This document shows, one piece after another, positions 1 through 9,983 of a DNA stretch of 20,000 bases (position 1 is the first letter of the stretch; the number at the start of each line of letters is the position of its first letter). Made by a program: the position numbers and the translations under genes. Origin of the DNA: Halocafeteria seosinensis. Taxonomy: Eukaryota. The notes under the pieces were generated by a model. The model was not told the origin of the DNA. It searched no databases and saw nothing but the letters and a program-made list of their open reading frames with translations. Where the stretch lies: positions 178,449-198,448 of the forward strand of contig LVLI01000080.1 in the NCBI GenBank assembly GCA_001687465.1, read 5' to 3'.

Positions 1-180
1 CCGCGTGGGGTAATCCGCTTAAACGACTCCTTTAGCGTTAGTACTTATGGAGAGAAAGAATACGGTTCGCTACCCTTCTTCTTTATGATACGTACTCCAT
101 GGCGGTGCTATTTATTTCAAGCGGATACAGCGTCCGACCATCAGCGTTGGGTAGAAAAATTGGAAGCTGAGGCTCAGTGA
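1..180 (+). CDS. 3' end of a PH-domain-containing protein (5' part outside the window)
   Basis: Frame 1 is open from base 1 to TGA at 178-180: PRGVIRLNDSFSVSTYGEKEYGSLPFFFMIRTPWRCYLFQADTASDHQRWVEKLEAEAQ*. This fits the C-terminal half of a PH domain (PxGxIxL, FxIxTPxRxYxFxA, final helix with the invariant Trp). It is not in the ORF track. Confidence 0.85.
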   Translation, partial: PRGVIRLNDSFSVSTYGEKEYGSLPFFFMIRTPWRCYLFQADTASDHQRWVEKLEAEAQ

Positions 181-227
181 CAGCCGATTGGTTCCATGTA
201 GTCTATAGACAGTTGCGGGTATACTAT

Positions 228-1898
228 TTAAGATTCTATTGGGACTGGGCTCAAAACTTTGCCTCGACAGTCTCCGAATCCGATGCGCACGTGGGCTTTC
301 TGGCAGTATCCTTTCATGACAACTTCGTCGCCGTCTTGGAGGAATTTCCTTTCCTCTCCGTTGGGAAGTTTGATAGGATTTGTGCCTTTCCAGCATAGTT
401 CCAGCATGCTTCCGTATGAGTCTGGGGTGCTTCCAGAAATCGTCCCGCTTCCAAGGCAATCTCCTGGTCGCATATTACAACCAGTAACAGAGTGGTGTAC
501 AAGTTGCTGCTTGATGTTCCAATAAAGGTTGCTGAAGTTGGAATGGCACAAGCGATATGGTTCAGTCAACTGAGGGGTCTTCAAGTACACATCAAGTTGA
601 ATATCGTAACTTCCGTAGTTAGGATCCTTCAAATATCCATGGGGTTCAGGGTTTTGTTCGCCAGCGGAAGTCGACGACCTGAATGGCTCCAGCGCTTCCA
701 AAGTGACAACCCAAGGACTGATTGTAGTGGCGAAATTTTTCGCAGTGAACGGTCCCAACGGTACATACTCCCATTTTTGGATGTCACGCGCACTCCAGTC
801 ATTCATGAGCGTCAAACCGAAAATATGATCTTCTGCTTGCGACATTGCAATGGGTTTGCCCATTTCATTGCCGGGTCCCACGAATGTCCCCATTTCCAAT
901 TCGAAGTCCATAAGTTTGCACGGTCCAAATGTGCTTCCTTGGTGTGCGTCGTTAGGATCCTTCTGCAACTGACCTTGTGGCCGATGGATGTCAATTCCTG
1001 ACTTGATTACAGAACTACTTCGCCCATGGTATCCAACGGGTAGATAAGTCCAATTGGGCTGAAGCGCGTTGTCCTTTCCTCTGAACATTGTTCCGACATT
1101 GGTTGCATGTTCTTTTGACGAATAAAAGTCCGTATAGTCGCCTATGACAGCAGGGAGTTCCATAGTAACGGAATTTATATCAATTAGAGCCTTGTTCCTT
1201 AGGTCGTTATTGTTTTTCAGTCTCGCGTCATCCCCTGTCAGAAGTGCTTGAATCTTGCGGCGAGCATCCTTCCAAGCTGGTCTCCCTTGGGCCATGAATG
1301 CGTTCAACGAACTCTGTCAAGTATGTCGTTGAACGGATACAGTTAAATAAGGATGCCCCTAAGAACAAGGCGTCTTACCTCGTGGAAAGTATCAGCATAG
1401 GCCTCTCCGAAAAGTCCCTCGTGAGCAAGGACGGAGAGATCAACGACCTGTAATACACCCCATCTCATTCTGTATAGCTCCACTACACTGGTGAGGCACG
1501 GGAAAGTACTTACATAATTGCCAATAGCTGTCCCTACTCTGGGTTTTTCTGACGGGTTCGGACGAAACACTGCGAACCCATGCCAGACATCAATTACATC
1601 CATATTAGTCGAGACCATACACGGAATGCAAGGTGCTTACCTCCAAAGGGAATGTTGTAGATGGTAAAATCACTGCCCTCTGGCACTTCGACCTGCAGAA
1701 TCATTACGGTATCATACGTGTCTGTCTATTTACACATCCACAAAGAACGGAACTTTGCCACCAAAGCAGTGAACCAGAGGGAGAAAGGGTTAGTTCTCCT
1801 GTCATTGACGATGAGTAACGTACCCATGAGTGCATCTGAGGAGGCGTAGGAGCATCCTCAGCAACTCGAGCTCGTTTGGCATCATTGGAAGAGTCCAT
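228..1898 (-). CDS. FAH: Fumarylacetoacetase (fumarylacetoacetate hydrolase), about 445 aa, 5 exons
   Basis: Exons (-): 1898-1824, 1692-1641, 1569-1514, 1447-1379, 1313-228. All introns are GT..AG and phases are consistent. Motifs: SDFTIYNIPFGVF, RVGTAIG, IGDYTDFYSSKEHATNVG, PVGYHGRSSS, MDFELEMG, MNDWSARDIQKWEYVPLGPF, GSGTISG, GSMLEL. Confidence 0.97.
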
Positions 1899-2762
1899 TT
1901 TGTTCGTCAGTAGACGCACGCTATCACAAGAAGAAGCTAAGCTCGAGGTGATGTAAACCTATGTATCTCTCTCGACTATCTGTTCAGTAGTGTCAAACAA
2001 TCCCGATACACTCTTAATATCTCTGTAAAGCGTATCAGAACAATTTCCTTCGATCCTTCTCCGCCTTGACAGAATACCCCTCTCCTTCCCCCCGGTAACA
2101 AAGGGTGTATGTTAGGCCTTTACTGGAGATAGCCACACACTTATGGAAGAAGAAAAAAAACAGATGGCATATATCTTTGTATCATTTGAGTGGAAATTCT
2201 CGCAGAGGGGACCATGAACACACTGGTATCTTGTCCACCCGACCTGTGTGGGGTTCACAGTATACACGGCCCTTGCATGCAGGTGTCGAGACACGCACAG
2301 AGTGTATTATAGTTTCGTAAAGTGTTCCATTCTCTTTATTCCGGCGTAAAATACGCTTAATGAGTCTTTCCACGGGCAAACCCAAGCTGGGATACCCACG
2401 GTATCTAGCTGAATAACTCTCCCCAAAACTCTATTCCCTTCCTCGATATGCTGCATCACTGGTTCTCATTCTTTCATGCTTGTTATAGGACTTCACTGAT
2501 GCATACAAGGCCAGTCAGTCGCTAATATACGCCTAGTGGTAGGGTATCTTAGCCTAAATATCTTGCCCCGGTCCGGGCGGAAAGCCCGGATCCGAGCGTG
2601 GTTTGTTCGATGAAGGGAAAGACAGCGCAAAGGGATATTCACTGAATTGTGGTGAACGACAAAGACGGTGACGGTCACAACCCTCAAGAACAGGAAAAGT
2701 ACTCCCATTCCTACGTTGGAGTGTCGTGATATAGATTACGAAAACACATCTATCGAACAAAA

Positions 2763-3620
2763 ATGGTACGATAAAGCGCAATCTTCTTCCCTTTCCTTTT
2801 TTTTCTCTGCGGTATCTTGTATGCTCGGCTGCCTGTTCCGAGGGTGTTGCTGAATGACCTGTAGTAATGCTTTGTGAGATTCCCGGGGATCCAATGCTTG
2901 TCCTAGTGAGGTGAATACAAACAAAGGGGAACCCAGATGACTGGATAGCATGCGTTCTGCCGCTCCAACGGGGGAAAAATGCGACAAAAAAGGGTGGGGG
3001 TGCCCTGGCCCCTTGGATTTGCCGCACGCGAGGATGATCAGGAAAATTCAACTTAGCTTACGGTTGGCGCCTTTTCCGAATGTTCTAACATGTGGATGCT
3101 GACGGCGATTCCTGAATACATTCCTGTGCGCTGTTAGTCTTGGTTTGTATAAGCTGTCACATGTGCTTCATCATTGCAGGCTTCGTCTGGAATTGATGTT
3201 AGTGACGAGCTCTTGGAGCTGTACAATGACATCAAACTGAAGAGCACATACAAGTACATAGTGTTTAGTTTGAAAGAAATCGGAAGACAAGGAAACAAAA
3301 TCACCTACGGCTGGAGCATTGATGAGAAAGCATCACCAGGTGGAAGCAATGAAGAAAGATTCAATGAAGTACTCGGAAAGTTACCCGAAGATTCGGCATG
3401 TTTTGTTTGCTTCGACTTCGAGGACGAAAAAGACGATGGCAGAGCTATTAAGAAACTCTTGTTGATCAAATGGTGCCCCGATACCGTGCACTTCCGTGTA
3501 AAGCCTGTAATTGGTTCTACATATCAAACATTAAAAGAAAAGCTTACCGGATTAGGCGCTGATATCCAAGCTGTGGACAAGAGTGACTTGGAGTACAACG
3601 CTATCAAGAAAATGCTATAA
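2763..3620 (+). CDS. ADF/cofilin: Actin depolymerizing factor / cofilin, about 147 aa
   Basis: Exon 3180-3620 follows the acceptor ttgcag and encodes ASSGIDVSDE...YKYIVFSL...CFDFE...KKLLLIKWCPDT...IQAVDKSDL (ADF-H fold). The start is inferred at caaaaATG|gtacga (2763-2765) with intron 2766-3179. Exon 2 is solid; the start position is less certain. Confidence 0.9.
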
Positions 3621-4370
3621 GCATGATTTTAATGAGAGGAGCCTATTTTAGTCTTTTTGTGGTCAGAGCCGACAACGCTATGCTTGTGGTGACTTGAGTA
3701 GGAACCTAACCGATATAAGCGACTGCCAGGTAGTTGAGAATTGGGAGGCAGCTGTGTAGAATCGTAAACTGCATTGACGTCCAAAACTAAGAGTTTGCAG
3801 TCGGTGCGTTCCATTCGCATTCTTTTTTGCTTATCAACATGTGTAGTGCCTGGAATAGAAGTCTCCCGTCTTTCCGCGTTTTCGTGAAAGATTGGTCGAG
3901 ATTGATTCTGGGAACTCACCCTCTGAAGGCCTTCTAAATTAGTGCCTCCTATTATTCTCCTACCTGTCTAGAATAAACTACGTCATCGCTCCATAGATCC
4001 ATATGCACGGTGTGTAAGCCCCCAATTTCTATCCATACCCGAAGATTGCATGCAGTTTAGATCCACACTCCCGACGGATCCGTAATACTCGGATCATCGA
4101 GGCGCCGAGTCGGATGCAGAGAAACGAATAGTGTTGTTTCGAAACATGTAAAGCATCAGGGTGATAGTAGGGTTAAATATACGCATATTTGGGAATAGCG
4201 AAAGGGATAGAATGTTATGCAATCGACATGGCCCCAGAAGAGTGGCGNGACTCTTAAACGCCACCAAATCATGCACCCCAAGCCGGAGAACATCAGGTCC
4301 TCTAGCCCAAACAAGGATATTATGGACAACAGATCACCCGTATGCACTTAATACAAATCAGCATAGTCGA

Positions 4371-6872
4371 ATGCAGCAGCACGTGTATCCACGGGAACGT
4401 CATGTGGACCGAGATATGGAATATAGGGAGTATAATACGGCCTCCTTGGAAGCCAAACGAAGCCAGATTACCATTAATTTGCGCCAAGCTACCGCCGATA
4501 GACACGTGAACGGTAGCAGTAAACACAGACAACAAGTAGACAATTGTTCTCCGGCGATGAATGGGCAATATAACCCTAATAACGTGAATGGATCTGCCGT
4601 CGTTCAGGAACACCCCTCAGTGGAACAACTTGCGCACCATGGACATGTTCAGGAAGAAGATTTACTTTTGCGTTTATACAAAGCGCGACACTCTGAGAAC
4701 CCTTTTCACGGGATGCAGTCACTTGTCGAGTGTTGCCGACAGCGCTTAGAAACTGGCGCAGGGTCTCCCCAGGAAGATCGACTGTATGTAGCGTGGAGAA
4801 TTAGTGACAACGCAGCGAAATTGAGCTTCAGATCAGAACGATGGAACCGCGAAAGAGGAAGCGCCTCACTGAATATCAGCAGAGGGAAATTCCTTACAAA
4901 GACGAAACAGGAAGAATCTCTTGCTGCCATGGGTATCTCACAGGGAGACGCCGAAGTAATAATTGATGCGATGCGGAAGGAACTGGCTGATATCTCTTCG
5001 TATGACCCAACGAGCAAGGGAATCGGCATGCTTGCGAACATCGCTGAAAATATGCATACACTAAATTTGCATGGCCCTCTTACCAAAGGAGCGTATAGGA
5101 ATCTAATGATGACGTTGGGAAGCTGCTCCACTGAGCTATGTGTGTCGGAGATGCAGCCGTGGGAACAAAAGTTATTCGATGAAGACGGCAAGCAGACCTT
5201 GCATATGCTTGCTTTGGGTGCATTGGCAAACCTTGCTGCTGGTTTCGGTTGGTTTTTGTATGGTGAATACCAACGACGACATGGCCTCCCGGTCGAGCGC
5301 TGCGGGTCGAACCCACGGCGTCCTCTTGAAGAGGCCCAACACTCGATTTATCTGATCAAGTACCTAGCACAGCTTTCTTCAGGACAGTCGGCCGAACGTG
5401 AAATAGCGTTGAAGCAGAGAGGAGAGGAGCATCCCCTCAAAGGGTTTGTTTGCGCTTCTGCTGCTACTATCATTGAAACAATTTCAGAACTTTCTATGAA
5501 AGAACTGAGAGAACTCATTGAATCCCTGGCTAGAACTACGCATATTCCCGACACTGCTTGTTTGGGGCATGCGTGGAAAACCTTAACTCTGTCTGTTGCT
5601 TTAGAGACGCTAAACCGGTACGACCACGAAGATGAAGCTGAGGCGCAGCGAGTGACGTTTTCTGACCTTTATCAAGTGCTTAGTTGCGGTGCTGCCGTGG
5701 ATCGTGCGACTTCCGGACTTACAAAAGAGAGGCCTGATAATGAAGTGAATCCCATGCTGACGGAAATGGAGGAGAATCTGCTATGTTTACTCAATACACA
5801 ATATAGCAGGTACGCTGGAGCCAACCAACACCTGGACACCAGTGGACTCTGGTTCATTCTCGAGGATGTCGCTAGGGATTGTATTTCGATGAAAAGGACA
5901 TTTTCGCGTACCGAATCGACTTCCTACAACACAGCTGCTTTTCGTTGGTTGGATTCCGCTTCAACAATTTCCGCCGCAAACGGCGTTCGTTCTCTTCAGG
6001 AAACAAGTAGAATGAATAGTGAATTGATTGACGTTCTTCACCTGTCCATGGATTGCGATCATGTTTTCGACAAGCTCGGACATGACGATACGACGTTAGC
6101 TTCACTTCTCGGATTAGCAGAGACAGCTCAACTGGACGCGAAGGAAATGCAGCAGCTGATGAAGTTACTTTCTTCGGCTACTGAAATTGATAGTCTTTCA
6201 AGCTGTAGCAATTATTCGAATCGAGTCCGTAACCTCGTTGTAGACTCTATTTATTGGAGCGGAGATACAAACGAAGCATGGAGAACGACACTCTTCGCAA
6301 TCCCCCTCATTGCCAAATTAACTACCAATAACGGGATTTTAATCGAAGGGCCATTGTTTGCATCGATGAACCTTTATATCGATGCCTTTCAGAGTAACAG
6401 GGATAAGTTTGCTAGTCTTGCCTTGAGCAGGAAGGTGGCAATATGTGATGCTTTAGCTACACTTCTGGAGCACCCTCGTTGGAGAAGTACACCGGAGCTG
6501 GTGGAACCCTTGAGAGATGTTTGCTGGGAGCTGTTGAATAGCTCCCATCAGGTCCAAAAGATCTTGAAAACTCGAAACGAGGATGCGAGAGTGATGAGAG
6601 GACTACCATGCCAAGAACCTGTGTTTCTGTCGCCTCGTTTGCACTCAGTTCCTGTTCACGAACGCCAGGACCTCAAATGGCGTTCCGTTTTCCTAGAGCA
6701 AACTCAACGTAAGATCCAAGAGGAGTGGAATTACTTGCTTACGGTACTACATCGGTGCGCAGTGGTCTGTGGCTCTGCCTCTGGTCTAGTCGACAAATTG
6801 GATAAGACGCTACAGTGGCTCAACGAAAGACGCTTTTGTAGCACTAAAACTACCAGCGAGAAAGAAGATTGA
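4371..6872 (+). CDS. Large hypothetical protein (about 830 aa): Q/N/H-rich N-terminus, then a Leu/Ala-rich predicted alpha-helical, possibly ARM/HEAT-like region
   Basis: Stop-free ORF of more than 2.5 kb with protein-like composition. The ORF-track start (4161, GTG) runs through an ambiguous codon nGA at 4248, which could be TGA. The next in-frame ATG is 4371 (alternative 4416). No family recognised. Confidence 0.75.
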   Translation: MQQHVYPRERHVDRDMEYREYNTASLEAKRSQITINLRQATADRHVNGSSKHRQQVDNCSPAMNGQYNPNNVNGSAVVQEHPSVEQLAHHGHVQEEDLLLRLYKARHSENPFHGMQSLVECCRQRLETGAGSPQEDRLYVAWRISDNAAKLSFRSERWNRERGSASLNISRGKFLTKTKQEESLAAMGISQGDAEVIIDAMRKELADISSYDPTSKGIGMLANIAENMHTLNLHGPLTKGAYRNLMMTLGSCSTELCVSEMQPWEQKLFDEDGKQTLHMLALGALANLAAGFGWFLYGEYQRRHGLPVERCGSNPRRPLEEAQHSIYLIKYLAQLSSGQSAEREIALKQRGEEHPLKGFVCASAATIIETISELSMKELRELIESLARTTHIPDTACLGHAWKTLTLSVALETLNRYDHEDEAEAQRVTFSDLYQVLSCGAAVDRATSGLTKERPDNEVNPMLTEMEENLLCLLNTQYSRYAGANQHLDTSGLWFILEDVARDCISMKRTFSRTESTSYNTAAFRWLDSASTISAANGVRSLQETSRMNSELIDVLHLSMDCDHVFDKLGHDDTTLASLLGLAETAQLDAKEMQQLMKLLSSATEIDSLSSCSNYSNRVRNLVVDSIYWSGDTNEAWRTTLFAIPLIAKLTTNNGILIEGPLFASMNLYIDAFQSNRDKFASLALSRKVAICDALATLLEHPRWRSTPELVEPLRDVCWELLNSSHQVQKILKTRNEDARVMRGLPCQEPVFLSPRLHSVPVHERQDLKWRSVFLEQTQRKIQEEWNYLLTVLHRCAVVCGSASGLVDKLDKTLQWLNERRFCSTKTTSEKED

Positions 6873-6897
6873 ATGGATAAGAGTTTGATTCCGGTAT

Positions 6898-7283
6898 CTA
6901 TTCTAATGGTATCACCGTTTTCAGCCTCGCGGAGTTCTTCTTCAGCGGTACTATGGTCTAAACCGCCATAGTCCTTAACGAAAAAAATTTTTGAACTCAT
7001 ATCCGTCCCGCACCTTTTCCGTTGTGACAACACCCCGTTGATGCCCTACCACTTGGTCGTCGCGTCCATGAAAGATGTAAATTGGTGTATCTAATGCCGC
7101 TGACGACACTGTAGTATCATTAGCGTTCGCAAGATAACCGCTCTTCACTGGAATTCCTGCATTGGTTGATGGCTGCTGGAGACCAGTGTACAGTGCTAAC
7201 GCTCCACCCTGACTAAAGCCACGAATAACAAAATTCCTGGCAGGAATACTGTTGTCAATTTCCTATCGTTAGCTGGCATACCT
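6898..7283 (-). pseudogene. Degenerate tandem duplicate of the terminal exon of the acyl-protein thioesterase gene
   Basis: Aligns with 7446-7916 and encodes VIRGFSQGGALALYTGLQQPS...VKSGYL...FHGRDDQVV...DYGGLDHST. It has a large deletion near the exon start, a +1 frameshift at about 6979-6995 and an 11-nt deletion at about 6926. The acceptor (cag|G) and the terminal TAG position are retained. Confidence 0.9.
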
Positions 7284-7445
7284 GCTACCACAAAACGAAC
7301 AACATGGAATGGTTCACAGATAGGTCAGCGACGTGGTAGAAAACATGGTCTGTTGTCACAGCAGCATCCGATGCGGAAGCTCAAAAGAAGCGAAGGAAAC
7401 TATTTGTGAAGAATCTTCAGGTAATGCTGAGCATGATTCCAATGT

Positions 7446-8637
7446 CTATTCTGATGGTATCACTGTTTTCAGCCATGCGGATACATCGCGGAGTTCTTTT
7501 TCTGAGGCACCATGGTCCAAACCATCATAGTCCTTAAACTGAACAGATTTGACGCCATACTCGTCTCGCACTTTTTCCATGGTGGCAACACCCCATTGAT
7601 GCTTGACTAGTTGGTCGTCGCGTCCGTGGAAGAAGTGAATTGGCGTATCTAGTGCTGCTGCGGACACCGTGAGGTTTTCGGCATTAGGAAGATAGCCGCT
7701 CTTCACTAGAATTCCTGCATAGCTGGACGGTTGCTGGAGTCCCGTATATAACCCTAATGCTCCGCCCTGACTAAAGCCACCAATAACAATATTCTTGGCA
7801 GGAATGCCATTCTCAATTTCCTTCTGAAGAACCCACTCAATATGTTGGCGAGATTGCTCTATTCCATCGCAGCTTTGGTTGGCTCTATCAGCATCGAGTG
7901 ACTTGATGTCATACCTGTCCCCAAACAGAATAGCATAGAATAACTCAAAGAAAGACCGTTATCTCTCTGACACACTTGTAGAGAGTACTTACCATGAAGG
8001 CATTTCCATACCCATATTCAAAGTGACGGGTTGTGTGGGAGCTGAAGGCAGAATAAATTTCACCTTCCCGTGAAGTGCCGGCAGATAATGCTTCACTACG
8101 GGTTCAAGCCATCCTTCGCATGTATCGCCCAGCCCATGCATGACTAACACCGCGTGAGTGGCGCCCTGCAGTGGTGAATACGAAGGCGGTCGTCCGTAGA
8201 ATTCAAGCACGGCGCAGGGACAATCAGCGTACCTCGATGGGATCAATGACCAACTGTGGGTTCAACGAGCTATTCGGGTACTCATACAGAGTGACACGGT
8301 ACTTATCCTCCGACAATGTGAGCCGACTAGCGGGTATGCTCCTGGGTTGGGGCTCATCCTTAACCAGAGGACTGTTCGTGGTGGACATCTTTCTCCCTCT
8401 ATTATGACTGGGGTCCGCAGTGCGTCCAGAAGAGAATATTTGATATTTCCGCGCGGACTGTTGCTCTAGAGCTTCCGTTCTTGCAATGTTCGGAACGGTG
8501 GCAGAAAACAAGGACGAGGAAGTGGAAAGTGTGGCTAATACAGCAAAGCTTCTCCAGGATGTCCACCTCGAACAACGAGGTCGCAAGGAAGGCCGCCACA
8601 CGCTACGCACCACTCCATTCAACGATACCTGAGACAT
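7446..8637 (-). CDS. APT1/LYPLA: Acyl-protein thioesterase / lysophospholipase (APT1/LYPLA-like, abhydrolase_2 family), 3 exons
   Basis: Exons (-): 8637(or 8388)-8233, 8165-7993, 7914-7446, with GT-AG introns of 67 and 78 nt. Motifs: MHGLGDT, KFILPSAP, PVTLNMGMEMPSW|YDI, GGFSQGG (nucleophile Ser), HGRDDQLV (Asp), YDGLDHG (His). Confidence 0.93.
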
Positions 8638-9983
8638 AGCTGTGCGTGTTCTATAGATTGATACTATTTACAACACCAATCCCAAAGGGAAATATCGCTA
8701 ACTACGTGTGCATGTCAGCCGGACGCACACTGTTTGAAAGCCGTCTGCTTCGCATCTGAGTCATGAGATAATCTGACACGGGATCCCTTGACCCAGGAAT
8801 TACAGGTGCGGTTCTCATGTAGGAAGCTCCAATACCCAGGAATTCCATAATACAATATTTTTTTAGCCCCATGGGTGCGCGATTGGTGACTTGGGCAATA
8901 CATATGTACCCAAGTACTTGAGTCACTGTCACCTACAGGTGACCGGCCGTTGCACCTTCGGGAAGTGACTTTCCACTGAGTATGTGGTGGTCGTATGAGT
9001 TCCTAGGGAACGCCAGGCTGCGTCACCAGCGGGACATTGGTTCACATAATACGAAGCCTATCGGCATTGTTTGCAGTTCGAACATGGGTTACAATCTTTT
9101 ATCCCGTCTCATTCGCTAGCTCAGTTCCCAAGCAGGGCGGACCCTTTCGACAACCACAATGAGCGCGATGCAAAGAGGGGCAAAAGGAATCGCGGAAACA
9201 AAGATAGGATTGGCCTGGTGCGCCGCACGCTGCCGGGGCCGATCAGCAATCACTCGAAGTTTGGAGGAGTTCAAGAGAAATTCTTCATCCATCATGTTAT
9301 CCATATTAGTATTGCTCCTACCGGAAGACCTGCTAACATTGCTGAACAGCCGTCACTATTATTTTCCTCGTTAGGAGAGACATACATGCAAACTTGTAAC
9401 TGAGTATTGTACAATGTGTACTGTATGACAACGTCCCATTCGGCACGTATAATACGTCGTATTATGGTACATATTTCCGCTCAGGAAGTTGTACACATAC
9501 ACCCACATATGACAGGCCAGGAAGTTGACCGCATCCTCTTAGCGAGGAGCGATATGCGCCCGTGGGAGGTTGTACGTGTGGTTGTAGCTACATGGCGGAA
9601 ATAGGCAACGGGCATTTCATGCTGCGGTGGATGTTCACCTGCCGTATTTTATTTATTTCCACCTGTATACATCCCTTTAAAAATCGTAGTGCCTTGCTTC
9701 ATTGGCTTTTAAGCCACCGTGAGTATGGTGAATTCCTGGGTGAGTAGGTGACGGTTAGAGATGGCGCGTCCGAGGTCGTCGGTCGCAAGCCTTTATGTAT
9801 GGGAAGTCTCCCTGTCCTACCCAATGGATATTTTGTCTGTCGGTTTGTAATGACCATGTTTCAAAGATGGAGGGCCATAGACCGAATGTTGGTAGTGTAA
9901 AGAGGGAGTGTTAGAAAGCGCGGCAATACGACGCCGTTTCTTTGGCAGACTTGTCGTAGAAAACTACTCTGTTTAAGCCCACA

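Noticed and set aside
2185..2320. RNase P/MRP RNA suggested by GGAAATTC
   Set aside because: No matching CR-V / P4 partner sequence was found downstream.
3629..3919. 96-aa - strand ORF downstream of ADF
   Set aside because: It has a GTG start, no recognisable motif and no supporting exon structure.
4161..4370. N-terminal extension of the 903-aa ORF
   Set aside because: It needs a GTG start and read-through of an ambiguous nGA codon; it is more likely 5' UTR.
8921..8974. U1 snRNA-like loop (TTGCAC) with nearby palindromes
   Set aside because: There is no upstream ACTTACCTG 5' end and no correctly placed Sm site. Stems this short can arise by chance.
9071..9403. Small ORFs on both strands in the APT / 864-aa intergenic region
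   Set aside because: They are short, have no recognisable motif and give no consistent exon chain. A small gene cannot be fully excluded.
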